Of a stretch of 64,000 nucleotides of DNA, positions 40,416 to 52,110 are shown one piece after another (positions within the stretch are counted from its first letter, which is position 1; the number at the start of each line of letters is the position of its first letter). The stretch is from Lama guanicoe (lineage: Eukaryota), in contig MU054400.1 of assembly GCA_013239625.1 (NCBI GenBank), positions 3,845,802 through 3,909,801 on the forward strand. Reading direction: 5' to 3'. The notes under the pieces are model-generated. The model searched no databases. It saw nothing but the letters and a program-made list of their open reading frames with translations, and was not told the origin of the DNA. Made by a program: the position numbers and the translations under genes.

Positions 40416-40555
40416 TTTTCTTTTGGTTTCTTTTAGGGGGAGGGGGTTCGGTTTTCCTTAATTATTTGTTTATTTCTTAATGGAGATACTGGGGATTGAA
40501 TGCAGAACCTTGTGCATGCTAAGCATGTGCTCTATCACTGAGCGATACCCTCCCC
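40416..40555 (-). mobile_element. tRNA-derived SINE (vic-1-like) with 13-bp TSD
   Basis: TSD agattca(a/g)cagtt at 40403-40415 and 40556-40568. Confidence 0.88.
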
Positions 40556-40662
40556 AGATTCAGCAGTTGTTAATGTCTTCTCATATTTGTCTTATCTCTA
40601 TCTATCTATATGTATTTATGTGTCTTTCTATGTATCTGTGTATCTGTCTGTCTATCTACATT

Positions 40663-40875
40663 TGGAGTTGGCAAACTACAGCCAGGGCCAAATCCAGCTC
40701 ATCACCTGTTTTTGTACACCTTGAGTTAAAGAAGGGTTTTTACATTTTTAAACAGCAACATTTTAACTAGTTATACAGTTATTTACAAAATAGCCTTGAT
40801 TTTTGTCTTTTGGTCGGCAAAGCCTAAAATGGTTACTCTTTGATCCTTTACAGAAAAATCTTGCCAAACCTGGAT
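40663..40875 (+). mobile_element. MER58-like hAT-Charlie element nested in an old L1
   Basis: gttggcaaactacagcc...gccaaatccagc...cctttacagaaaaatcttgcc. Confidence 0.7.
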
Positions 40876-42643
40876 CTAAACACACGCAAGCGCATGTGCG
40901 CACACATATAAACACACAGATACAATTTAGCTGAATCATTTGAAAAGCAAGTTGCAGACATTATAATATTTATCCCTCAAATACTTCATTAATGCATCTC
41001 CTAAAAATAAAATAATATTCTCACTTAACCATAATACTATTACCACACCAAAAAATGAACAATTATTTAATAATACTATAAAATACCCACCCATATGCAG
41101 ATTTGTATGATTGTATTTGCAAATTTTACAAAGTGAAAATATATAACTTTATTACAATAAAAATGTTCTTTTAAAAAAATCAGATATTATTACAGTAAAC
41201 ATGAATTTTTAGCATCAATTTTATTATACAAGGGATTTAGGAAAATTGCTCTAAGCAGCTACTCCTCTAGTCATTTCAGGTCAAAATTTAATGTTTGCAG
41301 GTCAAACATATGCTGCAAAGCATTCAGTATTGGTGGTGGTGTTGTTTCTATAGTTGGATAGGAAAAAGTATGATGCTGTGTAAATTTTTTTTGCATTTAA
41401 AAATATAATCTCTAATATCTCTAGTAATTTTTGAAGCTAAGTGATTGGTGTGTGGGAGTTTGCCATACTATTCCTTCTCCCATTTTTGTGTATGGTTGAA
41501 AATTTCCATAAGAAAAATATATGTAAGTACATATCACTATAGTAATAGTCTTGATTCATGACCTACATCTGCTAAGACAGAGTTGCATTTAAAGTATGTT
41601 AGAATGCTAAAACTTAGATGTAAAAACTGCATGTGTGTTTGTATGAACCTTTTATTTTGGGATAGAAAACATGGTCGTTATGGCAAACAAAACATAGAAA
41701 GATTGGCTTAAAAATTTGAATGGATTTTGAGAAAAGGCTACTTTGTCCTTTGGGAGTCTTGTTTTTGTAAACATTTCATTTTTTGTGGGATGTGAATCAT
41801 GCGTTGGAGTCACCTGATTTAGCTGTGGTATAACTAAGTTTGGAGGGCTTAGGGGACACTCTGTTTTTAAATTTTCCCACCACCAATCATGATTATGGTT
41901 ACATGAGCTTCGTGTCTTGAAAAAAGAGATCTGTGTCCCAAAGCTCTGGAATTATTTAAACCATGTACTTTGTAAGCTCATCTTTGTTCTGTTTGAGCCA
42001 TAATGTTATGTCTGCTTCTACCACAATCATATGGATAGGGAACTGCCAGGTCAGGCCCTCTCCCATCATGCAACAGTGTAGAATCTGCTTGACAAAGCTC
42101 ATTGAAAGATCAAACAAATCCCTTCTCCTTGCTTTATGAAGAGCTCAAAGATAAATATTCTAGTGCATGTTTTTAAAAAGAGCAGATAATCACACTGTGT
42201 TTTTTAGTAAGGAGAAAGTGTTAATAAATTTGGAAGAGGCTTATAGAGAGTCCTTGAAAACTTGTGCTATTTTTGCAAACATAAAACATAGATTTTTAAT
42301 GTGATCAATGAGATACAAAGAAAAGTTATTAATTATAGAGTGTTAAATTCAGGGCAGCCAGATATGCTTGAATTTGCATAATATTCATTTTTTTGGGGGA
42401 AAGAAACTGTCATGGAACATTTTCTTCCCATTGAGTAGGAAATGTACATTTATTTCCCCTTCCCCTTTGTTCTCCGCATTATATGATATTCTATTTTCTG
42501 GCATTTCTTTATTATATCAATATAAAATCGATTTATATATGTTGCACTTCATTTGGGCTCATGAAGCAGCTTTTCATCTGTTAATGTCATTTCTCTAACA
42601 GTGTCTTCTTTTCTTCATCGTCTCATCATACATTTACTGCCTA

Positions 42644-43263
42644 TAGTAGATTCTTATCACTCACAGTATTGTGGTGTTCTGCAAGGTCACCAGGAACACT
42701 GAATTAGCAATACTAAACCACTGCTCTTAGGGAAAATACAAGGATAGGGTCCTAACAGTCTCTGGTTACAACGTTTTTGTTAATATATAGCCTGGTTTTG
42801 TGTATTTTTTGTTTAAGGAGACTTTATATAATATATATTGTTGATTTATTCACATTGAACTCACAGCTGACAGCACTAAAACTCATGCCTGAAGGAAACT
42901 TATCTAACACACACGCTTTCTCTGGAAGGCATGTCACAGCTCCTTGCCCTTTGGGATACGGGACAGCACTTCAGCACTATGGTTATGGATCAGTGTAAAC
43001 AGCACAGTCACCAACAAAAGCACAAAGTTGTGAAAAATGTGGCACTAAATAGACCATGAATAGGACACTTGACAGTAGGAGATCTGAGACAAGAAGGCAG
43101 AGCACTCTCCTGTTGGCTCTTAGCTTGGGACGTATGAGTTGGGTGACTCAACATTTTCACTCTCTGCATGTTTATAGAAGTGCCCCTAACATTGTTTTGA
43201 GGGTGACAAATACATTTTATTAAATCCTCAAATATGGAATTCATGAATAATGAGAATTGACTG
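42644..43263 (-). mobile_element. MER82-like TcMar-Tigger DNA transposon
   Basis: Degenerate TIRs (tagtagattcttatcac / aataatgagaattgactg), TA on both sides, about 620 bp. Confidence 0.75.
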
Positions 43264-44103
43264 TATTTGCAGTTACTCTGCTGAAATCTGAGGACTCACA
43301 GTTGAGTAGGACTTGGTTGTTATGCTTAAGTAGCTCAGAATCAGTGGCAAGGTGCTAAGCACTGTAACTCAGCTATGAGCAAGATGTTGTTAAAGTTTAA
43401 GGGAAAAGCATCAGCTCTCTCAGGATTCGCTGTGGAATAGTGAGAAGAGGAATCTATTTGGAAGTCAGGCTTGAGCATCACATCCAGCTCTGTCAGGAAA
43501 TAGCCGTGTGACTATATCTAAGTCATTTAAAACCTTGAGCCTCAGTCTCTTACAGGAGAAATGAGGGTGGGAACAGCTGCCTTCCAGAACCGCTGTGAGG
43601 AAAGCATGTAATACTGCTTAGACAGTAGTAGGTTCTCAGTTAGGTGCTTGTGGTTGGTGCAGGGAGGGGCAGCTCTACAGAGAAGGTGACATTTGAACTG
43701 AACCTTGAAGCGTGAGAAGGGTGCCCATGGGCACCGCTGGCGGCGGGGCATCGGGCTTCTAAGCACCATGTGTTTCATACTTTGTATTCCCCTTTCTAGT
43801 CACGTGCGGTGCTGGGAACGTGGTACTCACAAGGTTAATAAATGTTGACAGGTTGGTGAGTGAGTGAGTAAAAGGGGAAGGTTACCTTTTTCGATTTCTT
43901 TGGTATCTGCTTCTTCGCCGAACCACCTATTTTCATAACCACACAGATGTTTGGCATGTCATACACCAATCTTTGGAGATTTACTCTGCAGTACTTGGAC
44001 AACAGAAGCTACATACTTCAGCTAGGAGTTGTATGCTTCCAGTTTGATTTTGAGTAACAGTGTGGCTGGAAAATGAAAGACAGGAAGGAAGAAGATAAGA
44101 AAA

Positions 44104-44130
44104 TGTGTGTGTGTGTGTGTGTGTGTGTGT
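44104..44130. repeat. (TG)n microsatellite
   Basis: Seen directly. Confidence 0.9.
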
Positions 44131-44179
44131 ATGGGTGTCGGTGGGTTTGTGTGTCTGTAGGTGGGTGTCGGGAGAGAGA

Positions 44180-44920
44180 GAAGTGACATGCGTCAGTGTG
44201 GATGAATCTTAGCAGTGTAATATTTGATGAAATAGTAATTCCCCAAAGAATGTATGCAAACATATCATCTGCAGAAACTGGGCGGCACCGTAACCAAGGG
44301 ATCAAAGCTAACGTCATCCACAAGGGGTCTCTGGATGTGATTTACTGAGAGGAACATAGCACATAGCATGACTTCTCTGGTATTCCTGCCAAAAATGTAT
44401 GTCCTGAATGTAATTGAAAGAAAACATCAGAAGAACCCAAAATGAGTGACATTAATAAAATGCTAGACAGATACTAAAAGTCATGAAGAGCAAAGAATGG
44501 CTGAGGAAGTGTTTCAGATTAAAGAAGACTAAAGACACAATAACTGAGTGCCATATGCAATTCTGGATCAGATTTTTGTACCTGAAAACATTGTTATAAA
44601 CGCTATTGTTGGGACAGTTGACAAAACTTAAAAATGGACTACTGATAAAATATAAGTATAGTCTCAAGGTTACATTTCCTCATTTGTGGTTATGTAAGAG
44701 ATTTTCCTTGTCCTTAGGAAATACGCATCTGTTGTTTTAAGGGGTAAAGCGGCAAGATATATGCAACCTATTTTCAAATGAGTTGGAGAATAATAACTAT
44801 AAACAAATACATATATAAAAATAAATAATATATATCAGTAAGGTTGTATGGGAGTTCTGCGTACTGTCCTTGAAACTTTTTTTTGTAAGTTTGAACTTAT
44901 TTCAAAATAAAAAGTAAAGA
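44180..44920 (+). mobile_element. L1MC-type 3' end
   Basis: tattcctgccaaaaatg...gtttcagattaaagaagactaaagac...ttatttcaaaataaaa. Confidence 0.75.
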
Positions 44921-47207
44921 AAATCTATAAAATAAGGGTAAAGCAAAGAAAAAAAAGTAGATACAGCAATAATACCTTTTCATAAACTTAAAAAAATAGA
45001 GTAAAACACTTTTTAGAACTACATGTTGAAACAATAAAACTGTATACAAATAATGGAAGGAATGATGGCTAGGATTCAGCATGGTGGCTATGCTGGGTGA
45101 GGGTGCCAAGGGGGAGGATAGAAGGCTACCAAATGTTTTGCTGTAGGATATTGTGAGATCTCCCTTTTTGTTTCAATGATTGTTAGATTCATGAGGGCTT
45201 ATTACCTTGTTAAAAATAAGTAATTAGAAAAATCTTGAACCCAATTAAAGAGGGCCCATGTGTGGAACTTGCTGAGAGCGTCATGAAACATACCAATGAT
45301 TAATCTATTTGGTTTTATCTGAGGTCAATTAAAAAATAGACAAGAAGTGAGAGAAAGAGCGAGGAGGGCAGAGGAAAGAGAAATGGAGACATCAAAGAGC
45401 AGGAAAAGAAAGAGACATAGGTCTTTTGAAGGAAAAGAAAAAATTAAAGCAAGTCTAGAGAAAATAAACTGAAGAAGTGAGTGAGAAAATACTGAGCATA
45501 TTACTAACAGAAGAGAAGAACGGATTGGAAGAAGTCGTAAGAATGAGAAATCGGAATGCTGAGGCAGAAGAAAAGCCTAAATGGTGTTTCTGAACCGCAA
45601 GAGGGACACTCTGTCTCCACAGAAGAGTGTCAGCCAAAGGGCCAGATTCCAGGAAAGGGTGATGTGGTTACACAACACACTAAGGTTTGGTCTAACGGAA
45701 GGCTGACACTCAGCCAGCTGGGCTTTTCCCAAAACTCCGAGTGTTGTGGTCACTTCTGGCTTCTTCAATGCTCCAAGCCATTTATTAGGGGAACCGCTAG
45801 ATTAACCCGTGGTCATAATCACTTATGATGAGGGCTTATGCCCAGATGCTTGTCATGGGTAATTGAGGGCGCTCCTCTGGGAGCTGCCATCTTGTTTCAG
45901 CCGCTGGTACCCAGTGTGGGAATAGAGCATGCTAGGAGCATGCAGGGGGAACTGGGAATTATGCAAAGTGCAGTTGCATTTATCGAGGAGACTTTTGCTC
46001 CTAATAATCATCCTGCAGCCTCTGGGTGCTCCATGATGACTGATAATGATTGACTGGCCTTGTCAGCATTGATGTTACCAGAACGCTTTGGAAATCTTCA
46101 AGCAGTCTCACAGGTTCACTCCGTCCTCTGTTTTGCCCTATGGCCTTTGGAAACAAAGCCAGTCAAAGAAAATGCCTCTGCTGGAGAGGGAGGGGCGATT
46201 CCTGCTTGCCAGGTGACTCAGTCTGCCCTAGTGAGGGAGAAAACAAGGACTTCTATGAGCTGGTCTTTTCTGTGACTGTGCCTCACTTTGGATGTGTTCG
46301 TGTCATGCTGAGCTAATCACAGCTCTCTGAACAAATGTTGATTTCCTCTTACCACTCCCTCCCTCTATTTAGAATGTCTATTTCCCTGCTTCTCTCAATC
46401 TGAGGGACAAATAATTTTTTTTAAGTTAAATAAATGCTCTGTTCTAGTGGTACTTCTTCCATAAAACTTTCCTGATATCCCATGTCCCTGCCCCATCCCA
46501 CATATGCCCAGGGTCTCTCACCACTTGGGAATCCCTCTTGTGTTCTTTGGATGTCTTTCAAAGCATGAGACCACTTCACTGCATTGATTTGCTTATATGT
46601 CTTTTTTCTTTTACTTCTGTCCTTTGAGGGTGGACCATTAAAATCAATGCTCAGTGAATGTTGAGCAGCTCTATGAATGAATCATAAGGACATATAAGTG
46701 CTTTACACACCTTACCTAATTTAAGCCTCACAGCCCTACCATTATTATTAATTCTGTCCTTCCAGATGAGGAAAACAGGCCCACAGAAGTTATTTATCCA
46801 AGGTCATACTATTATTAAGTCACAGAAGTTGGATTTAAACCTAGTAGTCTGACTTCAGAGTCCTCCCATGACAGCACTACCTCCCGAACAATCATGATAG
46901 TTACAAGTGAATCAAGGTGCTGAGAGCACTTCTACCCACTGTAAGTATTTCCAGGCTCAGTGTAATCATAACACAATGTCTAACAGTGGTAGATGTTCAC
47001 AAAATCTGAGACTTAGGCTTGGCCTCAAGGAGTCTGAACTGCTTGAGAAACTCCAACAAATATTTGAAACAATGCAAAGTAAATAGGCACTCATCTAGGT
47101 ATGTATGTTTGGCGCTTCTGTGTACAAAGTTGCTATAAATTGTGAGGACTAGAAAGAAAAATGAACATAATAACTATGCCGTCCTAATTTTCTAGGATGG
47201 GCTGGAT

Positions 47208-50200
47208 CTTTTTAAATGACAGCTTTATTGAAATATACCCTATATTCATATGCCATAAAATTCGCTCTTTTTAAGTCTACAATTCAGTGGTTTTAAGCAC
47301 GTTTACAGAGTTGTGCAACCATTACCACCAGCTAATTTTAGAACATTTTCATCACCCCAAAAGGAAATCCTGCACCCATTAGTGGTCATTTTCCCTTCCC
47401 CCGACAACTCATTGAACCCCCGACAACCACTAATCTACTTTCTGTCTCTGTGGATTTGCCTCTTTGCAAAGTGGATTTCTTTTCTGTGAAATCTATTCTA
47501 TTTGCAGGAATGGTCAAGCTAATGATCCTAAGACTCATGGGAATGCAAGGGACCCAGAGCAGTCAAAATATCTTTAAAAAGAACACTATGACCTTTCATG
47601 TCTGGTTTCTTTCACTTAGCATGTTTTCATCCATGTTGTAGTATATATCAATACTTCATTCTTTTTTTTTTACTTGAAAATGCTGGATTTAGTAGAAAAT
47701 ATCACATTGTAAACAAGTCCACTGATCCATTAGCTTAAAACAGAATAACAGCATAATCACGTATAAAAGGTGAAGATGAAATGCTGGTACCAAACATGGC
47801 ACTTAAAGAGAGGCCCAAGCCAGGCTCTGAAGGATCTTTCCCAGAAATAGAGGCAGCTGCAGCTTTAAACAGGCACAAAAGTAGGGAGAAGGAGGTGCAG
47901 CATGTAAACCATCAAGGCCTAAGAGTAAAAGGAAGGCAGAGCAATAAACTCATCTCGTGAACAAGGATGAAGGGGCGAAAGCAGTGTGATTCCTGATGTC
48001 CAGGGGACATCAGACCATGCCACAGGAACCTGGAGGGGTTAGATGGGCAGGGTCTTCTAAGTGGGGAAAAGATAATAGGCAACTTCAGAAGCAGTTGATG
48101 TGTTTTTGGCACTCAACTCTTGGGGACACAGGAGAGCTTGTCACTTGTGTGTTGTTTCTAAACTCATAATTGAGCTGCTTGCCCTGGCCCCATTACCTTG
48201 CTGAACACAGCAGCGAGTCTTGGCGGTGTCTGTTGCCCAGTGGACTGCCTACTTAGGAATGAGTATGTAAGAGAGGTGCCATGGTGAGACTTTGGAACAA
48301 AACACAGGGCTCTGGTAGGAAAAGGGTTTCCGCCTTCCTCCCCGTACTGGAGGGCCCCTGAGGGAAGGGAGTTTGATGTGGCTAGGCCCCTTGGGGCTCT
48401 GAGTTTATTAGCAAAAGCCTTCTCTTTAGCCACCCAAATCCTCCCCCAAGGAGTCCTCTGAGTTCATGGAAAGGCCAACTGAGAGAACAGAAAAAAAAAA
48501 ACAACTGGGCAAGAAAGTAAGGGATAGTCTGCTTCCCGTGGCACTTGTGACTGACTAGGGACATTGCTGCCTTGTACTGATTTTAGACATTGAGGGTGTT
48601 TTTTCCTTAATCTGGAACAGTGATTTTCAAATAAGGGACAGGCCTGCTCAATAGGGGCTCTCGAGACTCTCCAAAGGGGTATTGTCCAATGTTCATAAAC
48701 TCCTAACTCCCTCCCAATTGAGAATCAGTACCCACAATGATAGAAACTCCTAACAGGAGTATCAGTGAACAGTGTCAGAGGCAGAAGAAAAAGCTAAAAA
48801 ACCCTAATCGGTAGGCAGACATCAAAATTATGGAGTGATTTTTTTTTTTCTGATTAAGAGTAAGTTACAAACAAGTAGCTAAACTCCATGCCAGGCTCCA
48901 CACTGCAGAGCCAAGAACAAGTTCACCCACTTATCTGGGGTAACCATACTAGATTGAAGAGATACAATTCTGTCCTCCTAAAGACAATGTCCGGAAAGAC
49001 CAACCTGTCCCAGTGAGGTGCTTGACACTAGCAACAGCACAGGCTAATCACTGTATGGTTTCATAGAAGACTGGCTTTTTTCTGTTTTTTTTTTCTCTTT
49101 GATATTGCACAAGTGATCCACCAAGTTGTGAACAAGCATTAAATCTTTGAAATACTTGATGGTCTTCACTTTCAGCTCCAGGGTGGCATCCTCATCACAC
49201 ACACTGTGTAGGAGATGCTGCCGGAAGGTAGACATGGTCCACTATGGTTCACTCCCTCCTTGATGGCCTTGTACAGAGCAAATGCCTTGTGAGCACCTGT
49301 GACGAGGGTCATCACCTCTCCAGCATCAATGACAGCACCTACACCCACTGTCAGGGCCACAGTGGGAAACTTGGCAAGATCTCCATCAAAGAACCTAGCA
49401 TTGGCCAGGATGGTGTCCATGGCCAGCATCTTCACACGGGTCCTGGACACCAGACTGGAGCCCAGCTGGTTGAAGGCAATGTGTCGGTTGGGGCCAATTC
49501 CTCTAAGAAACAGCTCCATCTCACCTGCGACCTTGATCTTCTCTTCAAAGGTGTCATGCTCAGCTTGCAGGTCAGCTGCGTTCCCATCCAGAATGTGGGT
49601 GTTTTCTGAGTGGATGTCAGAGTGCTTGAAGTTATTCCACATGAAGGAGTGGTAGCTCTCCGAGTGGTCTCGAAGGCCCATGTACTCGTCCACGTTGAAA
49701 GTCTTTACATATTTGAAGGACAGGTCTCTGTTCTTATAGGACTCAATCAGCTTCTGGTAGCAGCCAAGTGGGGTGCTCCCAGTGGAGAGCCCCAGGGTGA
49801 AGAACTTGTCTGGGTGATGCAGTTCCTGATGTACTTGGCCGCCCACTCACTGGTCTAGAGTGGTGAGTTTCATCTCATCACGGTCACCGCCCCCAGCTGC
49901 AGTAGTGACTGCGCTGGCCACCAGCTCTGCGAGGGTCACATGGCTACAGGTCATGTGACTGCAGGTCATGCAGATGTTCCACCAGCAGGGATGACTCCGA
50001 GGAACCTCGGCTTCAGGGAAGACTCTGCCCAGCGGGCTAGGGGCACACACCCTCTCATCTTCTCTCAGGAGCTGTGCAGGCCCGAGACCTTCATTCCTTT
50101 TAATGACTGAAACATATTCCTTTGTAGGAATATACACATTTTGTTGATGCCTTTATCTGTTGAAGGATAACTGGATTACTTCTACTTTTTGGTTATTGTG

Positions 50201-52110
50201 AATAATGCTGCTGTGAACATTTGTGTACAAGTTTTTGTGTGGAAGTGTATTTTGACTTCTCTTAAGTATACACCTTGGAGTGGAATTGCTAGGTCATAAT
50301 GGCAACTCTGTTTTACTTTTTGAAGAACTGCCAAACTGTTTTCAAAGTGGCTACACCATGTTATATTCCCTCCAGCAATGTATGGCAATTCAAATTTCTC
50401 CACATCTTTGCCAACACTTGCTGTTATCTTTTTGATTATAGTCATCTTAGTGGGTGTGAAGTGGTATCTCTTTGTGGTTTCAATTTGCATTTCCCTGATG
50501 CCTTAGCATTTCTCATGTGCTTGTTGGTCATTTGTATGTCTTCTTTGGGAATGTGTTTATTCAAGTCCTTTGCCCATTTTTTAATTGGGTTGTTTGTCAT
50601 TTTATTGTTGAGTTGTAGGAGTTCATTTATTCCACATATTAAACCTTTATCTGATGATTTGCAAATGTTTTCTCCCATTCTGCAGATTGTCTTTTCACTT
50701 TCTTGATAATATCCTTGATGGGCAAAAGTTTTTAATTTGATGAAGTCCAACTTATCTCCTGTGTCTTTTGTTGCTCATGCTTCTGGTGTCATATCTCAGA
50801 ATGACATTGCCAAATCTGAGATCATGAAGAGTTCCCCTCTTAGAAGATTTTCTTCTAGGAGTTTTATGGTTTTAGCTCTTTACAACATTGATCCACTTTT
50901 AGTTGATTTTTGTATATTCTGTGTGGTAGGGACGCAACTTTATTCTTTTGCCTTTGGGTATTGAGTGATCCAGGATCACTTGTTGAAGAGACTGTCCTTT
51001 CCCCAATGAATGTTTTTGGCACTCTTGTCAAAAATCAATTGGTTCTAGATATATGGACTTATTTCTGGTATATAAACCAGGCCATAGATACAGGGGTCTA
51101 TTTATCCTGTTGATCTGTATGTTTAGCTTTATGCCAATATTACATTGTTTTGATTAGTGTAACTTTTGAAACTGGGAAATGTGAATTCTCTAGTTTTATT
51201 CTTTTTCAATATTATTTTGGCTGTTCTGGGTCCCTTGCATTTCCATTTGAGTCTTAGGATCATCAGCTTGTCAATTTCTGCAAAACAAGGTAGCTGGGAT
51301 TGTGAAGGAGTTTATGTTGAATATGAAAGTCAGTTTGAAGAGTATTGCTGTTTTACAATATTAGGTCTTCTGATCCATGAATACAGGAGGTGTTTCAATT
51401 GTTTAGGTCTTCTTTAAATTTTTTAATGATGCTTTATAGTTTTCAGTGTATAATTCTTGCACTTCTTTTATTAAATTCATTCTTGAGGATTTTATTATTT
51501 TTGATGCTATTGTAAATTGAATTGTTCTTTAAATTTCATTTTTGTATTGTTCATTGATAGTGTATAGAAATACAATTGATTTTTTTTATATTGATCTTCT
51601 ATTCTGCAACTTTGCTGACTCAATTATTAATTCTAAATTTTTTTTGGGGGGTGCAGATTCTTTAGATTTTCTGTATACAAGATCATGTCATCTGTGAATA
51701 GAGACAATTTTACTTCCTTTTCAGCCTGAATGCTTTTCTTTCTTTTCCTTGCCTAATTGCTCTGATTAGAACCTCTAGTACGATGAAGACTAGAAGTGAT
51801 GAGAGCAGACATTCTAGTCTTGTTCTTGATTGTAGAGGGAAAGTATTTAGTTCATTTACATTTAATATAATTGCTGATAAGGTAGGATTTATGCCTGTCA
51901 TCTGCTGTTTGTTTTCTATATAGCTTATACCCTTTTTGTTCCTCTAATTCTTCATTGTCTTCTTTTTTGTTAAATTGATACATTCTGTTGTTTCTTTTTC
52001 TGTGTTTTATTAATTATTTTTTTAGAAGTTGCCCTGAGGATTACAGTTAACATCTAAACATAAAACAGTCTAATTTTCATTCATAGCAATTTAATTTTCA
52101 TAGTATATAA
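47208..52110 (-). mobile_element. L1 (L1MA/MB-type) 3'UTR plus ORF2 remnant, split by the GNPDA1 retrocopy (pieces about 47208-47666 and 50089-52110)
   Basis: L1 3'UTR text is continuous across the TSD. ORF2 remnants appear in the ORF track (MQIETTKRYHFTP..., MDFIKLKTF..., [14 protein letters not shown]). Confidence 0.88.
47667..50088 (-). pseudogene. GNPDA1: Processed (retro)pseudogene of glucosamine-6-phosphate deaminase 1; CDS remnant 49044-49873
   Basis: Intronless match from MKLT.. (ATG 49873) through FTLGLSTGSTPLGCY, TFNVDEY, ILANARFF and [13 protein letters not shown] to KPYSD* (49044), with frameshifts and deletions. About 1.4 kb of putative 3'UTR ends in poly(A) (T-run 47662-47671). 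TSD cttcattc(t/c)tttt at 47654-47666 and 50089-50101. Confidence 0.93.

Noticed and set aside
45575..46320. Cluster of short ORFs / possible exon
   Set aside because: Looks LTR-derived, but I could not define termini or family, and found no coding homology.
48839..48849. T-run as the retrocopy's poly(A) end
   Set aside because: No TSD here. UTR-like sequence continues to the T-run at 47662, which carries the TSD and resumes the host L1.
49244..49858. Plus-strand ORFs over the pseudogene
   Set aside because: Antisense shadows of former coding sequence.
50182..51901. Several ORFs of 60-135 aa
   Set aside because: Fragments of decayed L1 ORF2 or their antisense shadows.
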